This document shows, piece by piece, positions 10,638 to 22,134 of a stretch of DNA of 64,000 bases (its first letter is position 1; each line of letters starts with the position of its first letter). The DNA lies in contig CAWCXJ010000013.1 of the NCBI GenBank assembly GCA_963799485.1, forward strand, positions 320,001 to 384,000. Reading direction: 5' to 3'. A model generated the notes under the pieces. It was not told the origin of the DNA. It made no database searches and saw only the letters and a program-made list of their open reading frames with translations. This DNA is from an uncultured Trueperaceae bacterium (lineage in GTDB: Bacteria > Deinococcota > Deinococci > Deinococcales > Trueperaceae). Made by a program: the position numbers and the translations under genes.

Positions 10638-11876
10638 GTGCTACTCAGACTAGACAAGATGGTTCACGGCGGCGTCGCGTTGGCCCGCCTTGCCGAAGGG
10701 CGGCTGGTTCTCGTTCGGGGTGGTCTTCCGGGTGAGCGGGTCAAAGCCGAAGTCCAGGAGCGCGCCGGGGTTTTGCAAGGTGTCGTCGCTGAGGTTATCG
10801 ACGCCAGCCCGCACCGCACCGCACCGAGCCCGCACCCCGGCCTCGACTACAGCTATATCGGTTACGGGCGTCAGCTCGAGCTTAAACGCAGCGTTGCCGC
10901 GGACGCGCTCTCGAGGGCACTCAAACGTGGTGTAAGTACCTCGCCGGTCATCGCCGCACCCGAACCGTGGAGCTACCGCAGCGCCGTCCAACCCGCCGTT
11001 TCACGCACCGCTGCTGAGACAGCGCTCGGCTACCGGCAACCACAAACAGATATGTTCGTTGCGCTTGAGCACGACCCGGTAGCCAATGCGGGGCTTAACC
11101 GGGTATGGCGGCACTTGCAAGAGAAGGGTTTACCCAAGGGCGTCCGTGAACTCGTCCTGCGCGGCAACGACGCGGGCGAGGTGCTGCTCTGCTTGATTGC
11201 AAGCGCGTCGGCGCGAAATTATCTGGACGCGGCCCACGCACTTCTAACAGACGGAGTAGTCGGCGTGAGTTACGCGCAGTACGACCCACGCGGGCGCTTT
11301 CGGCGCGGGTCGGAGCGGCTTGCCGGAACGCGGAGTGTAAAGCAGCGCTACGGCGACTTTGAGCTTACGGTCACGGCGACGAGTTTCGCGCAACCCAATC
11401 CGGCGGCGGCAAGCCGTCTCTACGCTGAACTGACGCGCTGGGCCGGGACAGGTAAGCGCGCCCTCGACCTCTACGCCGGAAGCGGTGTTATCGGGTTACA
11501 TCTTGCGAAAAATTTTGGACAGGTAACGGCTTTAGAGCTCGACCGCAGCAGCGTCGTCCGGGGCGAACGCGACGCGAAGCGTTTAGGGGTTGAAAACCTC
11601 TCGTTCGTTCACGCCGACGCCCGTAAACTTGCCAACTTGCCCGACGCCGAGCTGATCGCGGTAGACCCACCGCGCGCCGGACTCGCCAAGGCTGCGCGGG
11701 GGGCGATTACAGCGTCCGGGGCAGCAAGGCTGATTTACGTGTCGTGCGACGTAGCGACGTGGGCTAGAGACGTAGCCGAGTTTGAGACGGCAGGCTGGCG
11801 GCTAGAGCGGGCGCAACCCTTCGACTTTTACCCACAAACGCACCATATCGAGATGCTGTCGATGCTAGCCCGGTAA
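10638..11876 (+). CDS. TRAM-domain class I SAM-dependent RNA (uracil-5-)methyltransferase, RlmD/TrmA family
   Basis: 'SFAQPN', 'DLYAGSG', 'DPPRAG', 'YVSCD', 'DFYPQTHHIE'; GTG start 7 nt after TAGACT. Confidence 0.9.
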   Translation: MLLRLDKMVHGGVALARLAEGRLVLVRGGLPGERVKAEVQERAGVLQGVVAEVIDASPHRTAPSPHPGLDYSYIGYGRQLELKRSVAADALSRALKRGVSTSPVIAAPEPWSYRSAVQPAVSRTAAETALGYRQPQTDMFVALEHDPVANAGLNRVWRHLQEKGLPKGVRELVLRGNDAGEVLLCLIASASARNYLDAAHALLTDGVVGVSYAQYDPRGRFRRGSERLAGTRSVKQRYGDFELTVTATSFAQPNPAAASRLYAELTRWAGTGKRALDLYAGSGVIGLHLAKNFGQVTALELDRSSVVRGERDAKRLGVENLSFVHADARKLANLPDAELIAVDPPRAGLAKAARGAITASGAARLIYVSCDVATWARDVAEFETAGWRLERAQPFDFYPQTHHIEMLSMLAR

Positions 11877-11912
11877 GGAGCTCGAGCCGACTGTCTTTTT
11901 ATGGAGGCCACT

Positions 11913-12267
11913 ATGGGAAGCACCGTTCGCACCAACGACACCCTGCAGATTACGGCGAGCCAGGGTTTCCTGGAGAACTTGACCTTCAACACCATAAATT
12001 ATCTCTGCACGCGGCGCAGTTTGAGAACCGAACCTTCTCTTTTTGGGGCAAAGAAGAGATTAGCTTTCAACAGCCGCCCGTGAAGAACTTTCTGGCGAAA
12101 ACCGTGACGGCAAGCACCTCTACCGGGGTCTTATCACGGTGCTTGCCGTAAAACACGATTACGTGGCGAAGACGACCTCAGGTCGGTACCGAATCTGTAC
12201 GCTCTACACCTATGAGGAGATGAAAATAGCTGCCCGAATGTTGGGATTAAACTCTAAACGCGACTAG
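11913..12267 (+). pseudogene. Frameshifted hypothetical protein
   Basis: GGAGG RBS plus 'MGSTVRTNDTLQITASQGF', frame broken, then a coding-like tail 'TTSGRYRICTLYTYEEMK...' ending TAG 12267. Confidence 0.4.
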
Positions 12268-12346
12268 CCTAAACCAAACGACCAATTTATGGGCCGAAAT
12301 GGGTATCAGCCTCAACGTGCAGTACTTAGGGCGTAAACTCTTAGGT

Positions 12347-13126
12347 GTGTTAGCCAAACGCATCATCCCCTGCCTGGACGTTCACAACGGGCGCACCACT
12401 CGAGGTCAACAGTTCGGACGCGCCGAAGCGGGCGAGCTTAAAGATGTCGGCGACCCCGTAGCACTGGCCTTACAGTACGACGCGCAAGGCGCAGACGAAC
12501 TCGTCTTTTACGACATCACTGCAACCTCTGAGGGCCGGAGCGCCATGTTGGGTATCATTACGCAAACCGCCGAGATGTGCTTTATGCCGCTGACCGTCGG
12601 CGGCGGTGTGCGGACGCTCGCGGACTTTCGCACGCTCTTTTTAGCCGGAGCCGACAAGGTGTCGATCAATTCAGGCGCGGTTGCCAACCCGGAAGTGGTG
12701 CGTGAAGCTGCCGAGCACTACGGGTCGCAGGCGGTGGTGTTTTCTATCGACGCGAAAAAACGTATGGACGCTTTTGGTTGGGACGTGTACGTTGCGGGCG
12801 GGCGCAAGAATACGGGACTGGATTTACTCGAGTGGGCCGTGCAGGGTCAGGAACTCGGGGCCGGGGAAATTGTCTTAAACAGCATCGACGCCGACGGGAT
12901 GAAAACGGGCTATGACCTGGAGGCGACGAAAGCCGTCGCTCAGGCGGTAGACATTCCGGTCGTCGCGTCGGGTGGGGCCGGAAACGCAGCGCATATGCGC
13001 GACGTGCTCCTTTACGCCGAGGCAGACGCGGCGCTGGCAGCAGGTATCTTTCACAGCGGTCAAACGACGGTGGGTAAAGTCAAACAACTTCTGGCAGACG
13101 CAAGCGTTCACGTGAGGCTCGTCTAG
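12347..13126 (+). CDS. hisF: Imidazole glycerol phosphate synthase cyclase subunit
   Basis: '[11 protein letters not shown]', '[12 protein letters not shown]', 'GADKVSINS', 'ASGGAG'. Confidence 0.97.
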   Translation: MLAKRIIPCLDVHNGRTTRGQQFGRAEAGELKDVGDPVALALQYDAQGADELVFYDITATSEGRSAMLGIITQTAEMCFMPLTVGGGVRTLADFRTLFLAGADKVSINSGAVANPEVVREAAEHYGSQAVVFSIDAKKRMDAFGWDVYVAGGRKNTGLDLLEWAVQGQELGAGEIVLNSIDADGMKTGYDLEATKAVAQAVDIPVVASGGAGNAAHMRDVLLYAEADAALAAGIFHSGQTTVGKVKQLLADASVHVRLV

Positions 13127-14271
13127 TGGCGCACCGTAAACTCAAGCTAAAGCTCGAGACCCTCGCCGTTCACGCCGGCGCTGAACCCGACCCGGCAACC
13201 GGGGCCGTCACGCCGCCGATTCACCTCAGCACGACCTTTGAACGCAGTCCCGACGGCTCGTATCCGCGCGGGTATATCTACAGCCGCACCGACAACCCCA
13301 ACCGTTCAGCGTTGGAGGGCGCGCTCGCGGCGCTCGAGGGCGGCGAAGCTAGCGCCTGTTTCGCCTCGGGGTCGGCGGCGGCGGCGGCGATTTTCCGCAC
13401 ACTTCGTCCCGGCGACCATGTGTTGGCTCCCGACGACCTCTATCACGGCATCACTAAACTCCTCAAGCAGGTGTTTATCCCGTGGGGTTTGGCGGTTGAT
13501 TTTGTCGCTACCTCAAATGTTGACACCGTAAAAAAAGCGTGGCAGGAGAACACCAAACTGCTGTGGCTCGAGACGCCCTCGAACCCCCTCTTAAAAGTCA
13601 GCGATGTGGCAGCCCTGTCCGACTTTGCCCATAGCCGGGGCGCGCGCGTCGCCTGCGACGCGACCTGGACACCGCCGACGGTGCAGCGTTCGCTTGATTT
13701 GGGCGCAGACTTGGTGCTGCACTCGACGACGAAATATCTGGCCGGTCACTCAGACGTTCTGGGCGGCGCAGTCATCGCCAAAACCGCTACAGGCGCATTT
13801 GAACAGGTTCGGACAGTGCAAAACCTCGAGGGCGCGGTTCCGTCCCCGTTCGACTGCTGGCTCGTCCTCCGGAGCCTCCGCACGCTGCCGTACCGAATGC
13901 GGGCGCACACGGAAAATGCCGGTAAAGTCGCCGCGTTTTTAGCTGCTCAGCCGCAGGTTGAGCGGGTGTATTATCCGGGACTCGCGTCTCACCCAAACCA
14001 TGACGTGGCAGCGCGGCAGATGGAAAGTTTCGGCGGGATGCTCTCGTTTGAAGTTGTCGGCGGGGAAAAGGCGGCGACGCAGGTTGCCGCGAACGTTCAG
14101 CTCTTTACCCGTGGGACGAGTTTGGGCGGCGTCGAAAGCCTGCTTGAACACCGCGCCAGCATCGAAGGTCCGGAGAGTACGACGCCTAGAGGACTTTTAC
14201 GGGTGTCGGTGGGGCTCGAGCATCCGGACGATTTGATTGCGGATTTAGCGCAGGCACTGAAACATAGATAA
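13126..14271 (+). CDS. PLP-dependent cystathionine gamma-synthase/lyase (Cys/Met metabolism)
   Basis: 'YSRTDNP', 'ETPSNP', 'HSTTKYLAGHSD', 'SLGGVESL', 'LLRVSVGLE'. Confidence 0.92.
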   Translation: MAHRKLKLKLETLAVHAGAEPDPATGAVTPPIHLSTTFERSPDGSYPRGYIYSRTDNPNRSALEGALAALEGGEASACFASGSAAAAAIFRTLRPGDHVLAPDDLYHGITKLLKQVFIPWGLAVDFVATSNVDTVKKAWQENTKLLWLETPSNPLLKVSDVAALSDFAHSRGARVACDATWTPPTVQRSLDLGADLVLHSTTKYLAGHSDVLGGAVIAKTATGAFEQVRTVQNLEGAVPSPFDCWLVLRSLRTLPYRMRAHTENAGKVAAFLAAQPQVERVYYPGLASHPNHDVAARQMESFGGMLSFEVVGGEKAATQVAANVQLFTRGTSLGGVESLLEHRASIEGPESTTPRGLLRVSVGLEHPDDLIADLAQALKHR

Positions 14272-14324
14272 ACAAGGCGCTGTCTATGTTTCAAGGCGCT
14301 GGCAGAACTTCAAGCAGGGAAGGT

Positions 14325-14685
14325 GACCTTATCTTTATTGAGTTTGCGCCACACCCCTGCTGTTCGCCATTTTGCAAAGTGATAGCACACGCTCTGCCTA
14401 GGTCATCGGCTCTAGCCGAAGGGTCTAGCGACCCTAACCTGTGGGGGGAAAGTCACCCGGTAGGTCTCGCCAGGTACAGCCGTTTCGCAGTACATAACGC
14501 ACCGCGTTGACCAGCACCCTGAGCTTACAGCTCGTCTTCCGCCCCTGCGGTTGCGCTGGCATCAGCCGCAGCAAATAAGGCTCGAGTATGCTCCATTCTG
14601 CTTCTTTAGGGTCTGTTGTATACTGCTTTCGCTGTAACATTCACCCCTACTCTTCCATAAGTAGGGGGATTTCTCAAACACCCTC
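14325..14685 (-). mobile_element. Truncated IS5-family (IS1031-like) element remnant
   Basis: Transposase N-terminus 'YTTD...EW..LEPYL...NAVRYVLRNGCTWRDLPGDFPP' (14434-14640), continuing after an insertion as 'QSVCYHFAKWRTAGVW'. End-like sequence GAGGGTGTTTGAGAA (minus strand) at 14671-14685. Confidence 0.8.
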
Positions 14686-15055
14686 CGGGTCGTCCGTCTG
14701 CTTTTGCTGCGGGTACAAACGCCTTGATATACTGCCACTACTCATCGGTTGATTCGCTTGGATAAAATTGTGTTTTCATATACCCATCTTTACCAAACGC
14801 TTGGCAGATGGGTTCTTCTCAGACAGTTTCTAAGCAGAGCTGCAGCAACTCAGGTTGTAGACCTCAGCGACGCCACTGCTGAGGCCACCGTCTCGCCCCG
14901 AGGGGTTCAGCACTGCTTCAACCGTTGTGGCTATGTGAGTCTATAATCGTTGCAAGTGCTAAAAGAACATGTTTTAGACGGCGGTTAAAGACGTGGCGCG
15001 GTGTCGACCGGCGTAGCTGCACTAAAGCCGCAGGTTCAGCCGAATATCTGCCGGT

Positions 15056-16804
15056 TCAGCCCCTTTTCCGCTGCGCCGTCGCCTCGAAAAAGTCAGCGAG
15101 CGCAACTTTGGGTGTGCGGTCGCTAAACAGCAGACCGTTTTGCTCTTGAAAGGTATCGGCGAACTGGGTATAGCAAAAACCGGCCAGACCGGGGCTCGAG
15201 GCCGCTTCAATCAGTGCCCGGTATTTTTCCAGAAGCGCGTCGCTGCTCTCAACCTGATCGTAACCCCAACCTTCGCCGTCACGGGCGTAGCGCACCCCGC
15301 CGAACTCGGACAAGATGACGGGAACGTCGCCCAGCGCCACGCCGCCCAATACCAGGTCACGCCCTGCCGGACGGACGCTCAGGTCGGTTTCTTTGACGGT
15401 GCCGTAACGCGCACGCAACACTTCAGGGTCGCTGCTGTAGTCGTGAACGGTCAAGAGGTCGGACGCGACATGCTCCCAGCCGTCGTTGCCGACGACCGGG
15501 CGGGTGTCGTCGAACGCTTTGGCGAGGTGATAAAGCGCCGCGACGAGGTTGCGTTGAGGCGCTGAAAGCGGCAAGTCCGGCACGCCCCACGACTCGTTAA
15601 AGGCGACCCACGCCACCACACACGGATGGTTGTAATCGCGTTTTAAGGCCGCTAACCACTCCCTGGTCAGGCGTTCGGCAGCGCCGGGCGTAAACGCGTA
15701 GGCGCTCGGCAGTTCCGTCCAGACGAGCAGGCCCAAACGGTCGGCCCAGTAGAGGTAACGCGGGTGCTCGAGCTTCTGGTGTTTGCGCACCCCGTTAAAG
15801 CCCATCGCCTTGGCGAGTTCTACATCTTTGCGGAGCGCGTCGTCGCTCGGGGCCGCCAATAAAGCGTCGTCCCAGTACCCCTGGTCGAGCGCCAGCCGTA
15901 AAAAATACGGGCGCTCGTTGAGAAAAAAGCTCCCGCCGCGTGTGCCGACCGAACGCAGCGCCGTGTAACTCGTGACCTCATCGAGTACCTCATCTTGGCG
16001 CTTGAGTTTTAGCGTCAGGTCTAAGAGCGTCGGTCTTTCGGGACTCCAGACGAAGCGGGCGCGGGCGTCGTCGATGCCGGGGTCGGGTAGATGCAGGGTG
16101 CGCTTGACGTGTCCAGCTGTTACGCCGAACGTATCCTGAACCAGTACTTCGTCCCCCAAACGCAATACGACCTCGAGGCTCAACCCGGCGTTTTCGCCTG
16201 CGACTTGCGCCTCGAGGATAATCCCAAAAGACGCCGCGTCGGGCGTCAGCCGCAGTTCGCTTAAGTGAACGTCGGGGACGGGCTCGAGCCAGACCGTTTG
16301 CCAGATGCCGGTCGTGCGCGGATACCAGATGCCGTGCGGCTCGCGCAGCCAGTCCTGTTTACCACGCGGTTTGCCGAGGTCGTGCGGATCGTCTTCGGCG
16401 CGCACCACAATTTCTCCCCCGATCCCTTCCCCGACCTCTTCGTCGCCGCCTGAAAGCACGTGCGTCACGTCGGCCCAAAAGGGCGTGTGGCCCCCTTCGT
16501 GTGTGGCGACGAGGTGACCGTTGACCCACACCTGCGCGCGGTAATCGACCGCGCCGAAATGCAGCCTCAGGCGCTGCCCCTGCCAGTCGGACGGTACCGT
16601 AAACGTGCGGCGGTACCAGACGCACGGGTGAAACCCCTCATCGTAGATACCCGAGAGTTTGGACTCGGGGGGAAACGGGACAGTGATCTCGTGCGTCCAG
16701 GCGACCGCTTGCGGGCGGTCACCTTCACTAAACGAAAACTGCCACGGCCCGTCCAGACTCTGCCACGCTCGCCGCTCCAACTGCGGGTTTGGGTGCTCAC
16801 TCAC
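15056..16804 (-). CDS. Glycoside hydrolase family 2
   Basis: 'LHFGAVDY...H.GG.TPF', 'PRGKQ', 'GIWQTVWLE', 'GFNGVRKHQK', 'NESWG', 'SEFGG'; GTG start after AAGGA. Confidence 0.9.
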   Translation of the reverse strand: MSEHPNPQLERRAWQSLDGPWQFSFSEGDRPQAVAWTHEITVPFPPESKLSGIYDEGFHPCVWYRRTFTVPSDWQGQRLRLHFGAVDYRAQVWVNGHLVATHEGGHTPFWADVTHVLSGGDEEVGEGIGGEIVVRAEDDPHDLGKPRGKQDWLREPHGIWYPRTTGIWQTVWLEPVPDVHLSELRLTPDAASFGIILEAQVAGENAGLSLEVVLRLGDEVLVQDTFGVTAGHVKRTLHLPDPGIDDARARFVWSPERPTLLDLTLKLKRQDEVLDEVTSYTALRSVGTRGGSFFLNERPYFLRLALDQGYWDDALLAAPSDDALRKDVELAKAMGFNGVRKHQKLEHPRYLYWADRLGLLVWTELPSAYAFTPGAAERLTREWLAALKRDYNHPCVVAWVAFNESWGVPDLPLSAPQRNLVAALYHLAKAFDDTRPVVGNDGWEHVASDLLTVHDYSSDPEVLRARYGTVKETDLSVRPAGRDLVLGGVALGDVPVILSEFGGVRYARDGEGWGYDQVESSDALLEKYRALIEAASSPGLAGFCYTQFADTFQEQNGLLFSDRTPKVALADFFEATAQRKRG

Positions 16805-16944
16805 CGGGTTCCTTTCTCGTACCGTTAGACGTTTAGCGTCTTTTCCCGGTACGCCGTTACAGATCGCTTGAATCAACCTTCTTGCCGTAAAACGCTCTTT
16901 AGGTCAAGGCTTCTGGCGTCTCGAGCTTCCGACCAGCCTGAACC

Positions 16945-17985
16945 TCAGTCATCCCGGACGGGCGCGGTACTGGGGCGCACCACCAGCTCAGGCTGCAGCA
17001 AAAACTGCGCCGGCGTCCGCTCCGGCGTTTCGATAAAGTCTAAAATAGCCGCCGCGCTCTGCTGCCCCAACAGCTCGAAGTCTTGCCGCACGGTGCTTAA
17101 GGGCGGGTTGTAAAAACGCGCCTCGGGAACGTCGTCGAAACCGACCACTGAAACGTCTTCCGGAACGCGCACATCGGCCTCGCGCAAGGCCGCGAGCGCC
17201 CCGAGCGCCATCTGGTCGTTGCCGACGACGAGCGCCGTAAAAGGTTCGTTAGCCGCGAGGAGTTCCTGCGCCGCCCGGTAGCCCCCCGCAGCCGTCCAGT
17301 CGCCTTCGACGCTCCGGCCCGGTATAACGCCCGCACGTTCAAGCGTAATAAGCCACGCCCGGTGACGCTCGAGTGCCCCCGACCACGAGAGCGGCCCGGA
17401 GATTTCACAGATGTCACGGTGGCCCAAACCCAGCAGGTGCGCTGTCGCCAGCTCGCTCCCGTAAGCCTGGTCGAACAAGACCGAAGGCAACTTAGCCCCT
17501 CTAGGCGCGTCGATCATGACGAACGGCAGGTTGTTGCACAAACTTTGAATGTCTCTAAGTTGCACCTCTAGAAGCGGTGTGACGAGGATCAGCCCGGCGA
17601 CCCGGTGACGCTCGAGCTCACGCAGCGCGCTTTCAATCTCGCGCAGCTCGAGGCTGTCGATCGAGGCCAGGGCAAACCCGTAGCCCCGGTCTTTAAGCGC
17701 CCGCTCGAGCTCCCGAACCATCTGCGCCGGGCCGTAGTAGTGCGTCCCGAAGCTGATAATCCCGACTGTTGTTGAAGTGCCGGTAACGAGCTGACGCGCC
17801 GCCGTATTCGGGCGATAGCCGAGTTCAGCGATCACCGAGAGAACCCTGGCCCGGGTACGTTCGGCAACCTGCGGGCTCCCGTTGATAACCCTCGAGACCG
17901 TCTGATGCGACACCCCGCTGGCCTCAGCCACGTCGTTCAGGGTTACAGCTTTGGTTTTGGTCGCCCGGAGTGTTCGCGTCACCAA
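16945..17985 (-). CDS. LacI-family transcriptional regulator (probable arabinose-regulon repressor)
   Basis: HTH 'TLNDVAEASGVSHQTVSRVIN', 'GYRPNTAAR', 'VPEDVSVVGFDD'. Confidence 0.95.
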   Translation of the reverse strand: MVTRTLRATKTKAVTLNDVAEASGVSHQTVSRVINGSPQVAERTRARVLSVIAELGYRPNTAARQLVTGTSTTVGIISFGTHYYGPAQMVRELERALKDRGYGFALASIDSLELREIESALRELERHRVAGLILVTPLLEVQLRDIQSLCNNLPFVMIDAPRGAKLPSVLFDQAYGSELATAHLLGLGHRDICEISGPLSWSGALERHRAWLITLERAGVIPGRSVEGDWTAAGGYRAAQELLAANEPFTALVVGNDQMALGALAALREADVRVPEDVSVVGFDDVPEARFYNPPLSTVRQDFELLGQQSAAAILDFIETPERTPAQFLLQPELVVRPSTAPVRDD

Positions 17986-18002
17986 CCCCCTCCTCCCTCA
18001 GC

Positions 18003-19202
18003 TTACGACACGCCTTTATTCTTGTTGTAGACGTCGAAAAACACCGCGAGTAGCAGCACGAGTCCTTTGATGACCTGCTGCCAGTCGATTCCCACACCTA
18101 GAATCGACATCCCGTTGTTCATCACGCCCATGACAAACGCGCCGATCACCGCGCCGATCACCGTCCCGACGCCGCCCGCTGCCGACGCCCCGCCGATAAA
18201 CGCCGCGGCGATCACGTCGAGCTCGAATGAGGTTCCAGCCCCCGGCGTCGCCGTGTTGAGGCGTGCGGCGAACACAAGCCCTGCCAGCGCCGCTAAAAAG
18301 CCCATGTTCATAAAGGTAAAGAACGTCAGACGCTGGGTTTTGACGCCGGAGAGTTTTGCCGCCTTGACGTTGCCGCCGAGCGCGTAAATCCGCCGTCCAA
18401 TCGTCGTCTGGGTCGTCACGAACGAATAGAGCAAAATCAGCACGAACATGATGATCAGCACGTTCGGCAGTCCCCGGTACGACGCCAGCAGGTAGCACAG
18501 ATACATCAGCGCCGCCACAACGAGCGCATTTTTCAGGACAAAGAAGGCGAGCGGTTCAGTGCTGAGGCCGTAACGCAGCTGTCCCCGGCGTTGCCGGACG
18601 CTCATCACCACCAGCGCGAGCGAGACGAGCGCGCCCAGGAGGAGCGAGGTAAAGTGCAGCTCTGCGCCTGCGAAAAAGTCGGGGATAAAGCCCGAGCTGA
18701 GTTTCTGGAAGGCTGCCGGAAACGGCCCGACGGACTGCCCTTGCAAAAGCGCCAGACTCAAGCCCCGAAAGACCAGCATCCCTGCTAATGTGACGATAAA
18801 CGAAGGAATTCCTAGAAACGCCACCCAGTAGCCCTGCGCCGCGCCGACAAGCGTCCCGACAATCAGGCAGATGATTATCGTCAACACCCAGTTGACCTGG
18901 TAATTGACCATCAGGGTGGCTGCAAGGCCCCCGACGAAGCCGACAATCGAGCCGACCGAGAGGTCGATATGCCCTGCGACGATGACTAAAAGCATCCCGA
19001 TGGCCATGATGACGATGTACGAGTTTTGGAGGAGCAAATTGGTGACGTTGAGCGGTTTGAGCAGTACGCCGCCTGTGCGTACCTGAAAAAACAGCATGAT
19101 CGCCAAGAGTGCGACCAGCATCCCGTACTGCCGCACGTTGCGGCGCAGGAGTTCACCGACGCCCTGGGTTGGGCTTTGTTTCGTGACCGTTACGCTGCTC
19201 AT
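18003..19202 (-). CDS. gguB: Multiple-monosaccharide ABC permease (GguB/MmsB)
   Basis: 'GHIDLSVGS', '[12 protein letters not shown]', '[13 protein letters not shown]'; downstream of gguA. Confidence 0.9.
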   Translation of the reverse strand: MSSVTVTKQSPTQGVGELLRRNVRQYGMLVALLAIMLFFQVRTGGVLLKPLNVTNLLLQNSYIVIMAIGMLLVIVAGHIDLSVGSIVGFVGGLAATLMVNYQVNWVLTIIICLIVGTLVGAAQGYWVAFLGIPSFIVTLAGMLVFRGLSLALLQGQSVGPFPAAFQKLSSGFIPDFFAGAELHFTSLLLGALVSLALVVMSVRQRRGQLRYGLSTEPLAFFVLKNALVVAALMYLCYLLASYRGLPNVLIIMFVLILLYSFVTTQTTIGRRIYALGGNVKAAKLSGVKTQRLTFFTFMNMGFLAALAGLVFAARLNTATPGAGTSFELDVIAAAFIGGASAAGGVGTVIGAVIGAFVMGVMNNGMSILGVGIDWQQVIKGLVLLLAVFFDVYNKNKGVS

Positions 19203-20737
19203 GCTGCACCGACCTCCTCGAGCCTCACAATTTCACGCATAATGCCCTCCTGGGACGCGTCCTTGCGGAGCATCTCGCCGACGAGCTGCCCTTCGTTCAT
19301 CACGTAAATACGGTCGCTCATCCCCAGAATTTCCGGGAGTTCCGATGAAATCAAAATGACGCCCTTCCCTTCGGCGGCGAGCTGACTAATGATGGTGTAG
19401 ATTTCAAACTTCGCGCCGACGTCGACGCCGCGCGTCGGTTCGTCCAGAATGAGTACGGCGGGGTCGGCAAAAAGCCACTTGCTTAAAACGACCTTTTGCT
19501 GATTGCCGCCCGAGAGGTTGAGGGTTTCTTGCGAGACGCTCGAGCAGCGGATATTGAGCCGTTTACGGTAGCGCTCGGCGACGGCGAATTCTTCGGGTTC
19601 GTCGATCACCAAGCCGTGTGTGACAGTCCCTAAATTAGCCAGCGTAATGTTGTGCTTGATGTCCTGCCCCAGCACCAGACCGTACCCTTTACGGTCTTCG
19701 GTGACGTAGGCGAGACCGCTCCGAATTGCCCGACCCACCGTGCTCACGTCGATTTCTTGACCGTGCAAGAATACCCGACCGCTGATGCGCTGCCCATACG
19801 AGCGACCAAAAAGGCTCATCGCCAGCTCGGTACGCCCGGAACCCATCAACCCGGCGATGCCGACGATCTCCCCGGCCCGAACGTGCAGGTTGACGTTGTG
19901 AATTATCTGACGCTCGCTCTGCAGCGGGTGAAAGACGTTCCAGTTTTTGACCTCGAAAATCGTCTCACCGATGTGCGCGTCGCGTTCGGGGTAGCGGCTC
20001 GTGAGTTCGCGGCCCACCATGCCCCGGATAATCTGCGCCTCACTGACCGCGCCTGCGTGCGTATCGAGCGTTTCGATGGTCTGCCCGTCGCGTAAAATCG
20101 TCACCGAATCGGCAACTTTGGAGATTTCGTTGAGCTTGTGCGAGATTAAAATTGAAGTGATGCCCTGAGACTTGAACTCGAGCAAAAGCTCGAGCAGTGC
20201 CTGAGAATCGCTTTCGCTCAGGCTGGCAGTCGGCTCGTCTAGAATTAAGAGCTTCACCTCTTTGGCGAGCGCCTTGGCGATTTCGACGAGTTGCTGTTTA
20301 CCGACGCCGATGTCGGCGATGAGCGTGTCCGGCGCTTCGTGGAGCCCGACCTTGGCGAGCAGTTCCCGCGTTTTGAGCGTCGCTTCTGACCAGTTGATGA
20401 CGCCGAACTTGGCGCGCTCATTGCCCAAAAAAATATTTTCGGAGATCGACAACAGCGGAATCAGCGCCAGCTCCTGGTGGATGATGATAATCCCGAGCTT
20501 TTCGCTGTCGCCGGTACCGCGAAAGCGGCACGGCTTACCCTGATAGACGATTTCACCCTCATAGCTGCCGTGGGGGTAGACACCCGAAAGCACCTTCATC
20601 AGGGTCGATTTGCCCGCCCCGTTCTCGCCGACGAGCGCGTGGATTTCGCCCTCCCGGACGCTGAAGCTCACGTCGCTCAGCGCCTTGACGCCCGGAAACG
20701 TCTTGGTGATGTTCCGCATTTCTAAAATAGCTGCCAT
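19199..20737 (-). CDS. gguA: Multiple-monosaccharide ABC ATPase (GguA/MmsA)
   Basis: Walker A 'GENGAGKS', tandem ABC domains, 'LSGGNQQK', '[12 protein letters not shown]'. Confidence 0.92.
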   Translation of the reverse strand: MAAILEMRNITKTFPGVKALSDVSFSVREGEIHALVGENGAGKSTLMKVLSGVYPHGSYEGEIVYQGKPCRFRGTGDSEKLGIIIIHQELALIPLLSISENIFLGNERAKFGVINWSEATLKTRELLAKVGLHEAPDTLIADIGVGKQQLVEIAKALAKEVKLLILDEPTASLSESDSQALLELLLEFKSQGITSILISHKLNEISKVADSVTILRDGQTIETLDTHAGAVSEAQIIRGMVGRELTSRYPERDAHIGETIFEVKNWNVFHPLQSERQIIHNVNLHVRAGEIVGIAGLMGSGRTELAMSLFGRSYGQRISGRVFLHGQEIDVSTVGRAIRSGLAYVTEDRKGYGLVLGQDIKHNITLANLGTVTHGLVIDEPEEFAVAERYRKRLNIRCSSVSQETLNLSGGNQQKVVLSKWLFADPAVLILDEPTRGVDVGAKFEIYTIISQLAAEGKGVILISSELPEILGMSDRIYVMNEGQLVGEMLRKDASQEGIMREIVRLEEVGAA

Positions 20738-20752
20738 TTGCTCTCGCTTCTC

Positions 20753-20787
20753 AAAAAAGCGTATGCACACGAGCTGCGTACATACGC
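20753..20787 (-). terminator. Intercistronic stem-loop plus U6 after chvE (partial terminator)
   Basis: RNA GCGUAUGUACGC-AGCUC-GUGUGCAUACGC (12 bp including 2 G-U) followed by UUUUUU. Confidence 0.7.
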
Positions 20788-20813
20788 TTGCAAAGGGATA
20801 CGCGTAAAACGGG

Positions 20814-21884
20814 TTACTGAAGCTCGGCCTCGGTGTAGTAGCCGCTGTCGATCAAGACTTCCTGATAGTTGTCCTTGTCGACCAAAACCGGCGAAAGCAG
20901 GTACGAAGGGACGACCTTGACGCCGTTGTCATAGGTTTCGGTGTCGTTGACGGGCACTTCCCCGCCGGACAAAAGGGCGTCTACCATCTCGACGGTAATC
21001 CCGGCGAGTTCACGGGTGTCTTTGAAAATCGTCGAGGTCTGCTCTCCGGCGACGATCGACTTGACCGAAGGAATTTCGGCGTCTTGCCCGGTAATGACCG
21101 GCATCGGCAGGTTGCCGCTCCCGTAGCCGACACCTTTTAACGACGAGATGATGCCGATGCTAAGCCCGTCGTAGGGCGAAAGCACCGCGTCGACCTGCGC
21201 GTCCGAGTAGTATGCGCTCAGGAGGTTATCCATCCGCGCCTGCGCCGCCGAACCGCTCCAGCGCAGCGTCGAGACCTTGTCCATACCGGTCTGACCGCTC
21301 TGAACGACCAGCTTGCCCGAGTCGATATAAGGCTGCAACACCGACATCGCGCCGTCGTAAAAAAAGTAGGCGTTGTTGTCGTCGGGTGAGCCGCCGAAGA
21401 GTTCGATGTCGTAGGGGCCCTCGGTGTTGTCCAAGTCGAGCGCGTCACGGATGTACGAGCCTTGCAACACGCCGACCTGAAAGTTGTCGAAAGTGGCGTA
21501 GTAATCGACGTTTTCAGAATCGCGGATGAGGCGGTCGTAGGCGATCACCGGGATACCCTGATCGGCGGCCTGAAAGAGCACGTCGGAGAGCGTGGTACCG
21601 TCGATGGCGGCGATGACCAGCGCGTCGACCCCTTTGACGACCATGTTTTCAATCTGAGCAAGCTGATTGGGGATATTGTCGTCGGCGTACTGCAAGTCGG
21701 TGTCGTAGCCTGCGGCCTCAAACTGCGCGACCATGTTGTTGCCGTCGGCAATCCAGCGGGCTGAAGATTTCGTCGGCATCGAGATACCGACGGTTCCTTT
21801 GTCCTGCGCGAACGCAAGGCCGGGAAGGGTCAAAAGACCTAAAACCGTACCCGTAAGGGCTAACCGTAGTGCTTTCATATTCAT
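20814..21884 (-). CDS. chvE: Multiple-monosaccharide binding protein (ChvE/SbpA)
   Basis: '[16 protein letters not shown]', '[11 protein letters not shown]', '[10 protein letters not shown]', '[13 protein letters not shown]'. Confidence 0.93.
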   Translation of the reverse strand: MNMKALRLALTGTVLGLLTLPGLAFAQDKGTVGISMPTKSSARWIADGNNMVAQFEAAGYDTDLQYADDNIPNQLAQIENMVVKGVDALVIAAIDGTTLSDVLFQAADQGIPVIAYDRLIRDSENVDYYATFDNFQVGVLQGSYIRDALDLDNTEGPYDIELFGGSPDDNNAYFFYDGAMSVLQPYIDSGKLVVQSGQTGMDKVSTLRWSGSAAQARMDNLLSAYYSDAQVDAVLSPYDGLSIGIISSLKGVGYGSGNLPMPVITGQDAEIPSVKSIVAGEQTSTIFKDTRELAGITVEMVDALLSGGEVPVNDTETYDNGVKVVPSYLLSPVLVDKDNYQEVLIDSGYYTEAELQ

Positions 21885-21905
21885 CTCCTAAAGTTTTGTT
21901 ACTTC

Positions 21906-21940
21906 TTGTTAACGTTAACAAAGACTCGCGGTTTTGTCAA
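21906..21940 (-). promoter_or_regulatory. chvE promoter with LacI-type operator
   Basis: Perfect palindrome TTGTTAACGTTAACAA (21906-21921) overlapping -10 TAACGT; -35 TTGACA at 21935-21940, 17-bp spacing. Confidence 0.8.
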
Positions 21941-22134
21941 GCCTCGGCGGGGTGAAGCCTGTTTTCGCTTAGGGTCTTTGCGCCAAGTTACCGCGGCGAA
22001 GCAGGCAGTAGGAAGTCGGGGGCAAGAAAGAAGCGTGAGGCTTGTGTACAGCTAAAAGTCAAAGCTAAAAGTCAAGGAGAGCAGGTTCATCCTTAGCTCT
22101 CCTTGAAACGCTCAAAACGAGGTGTACGGCCGTT

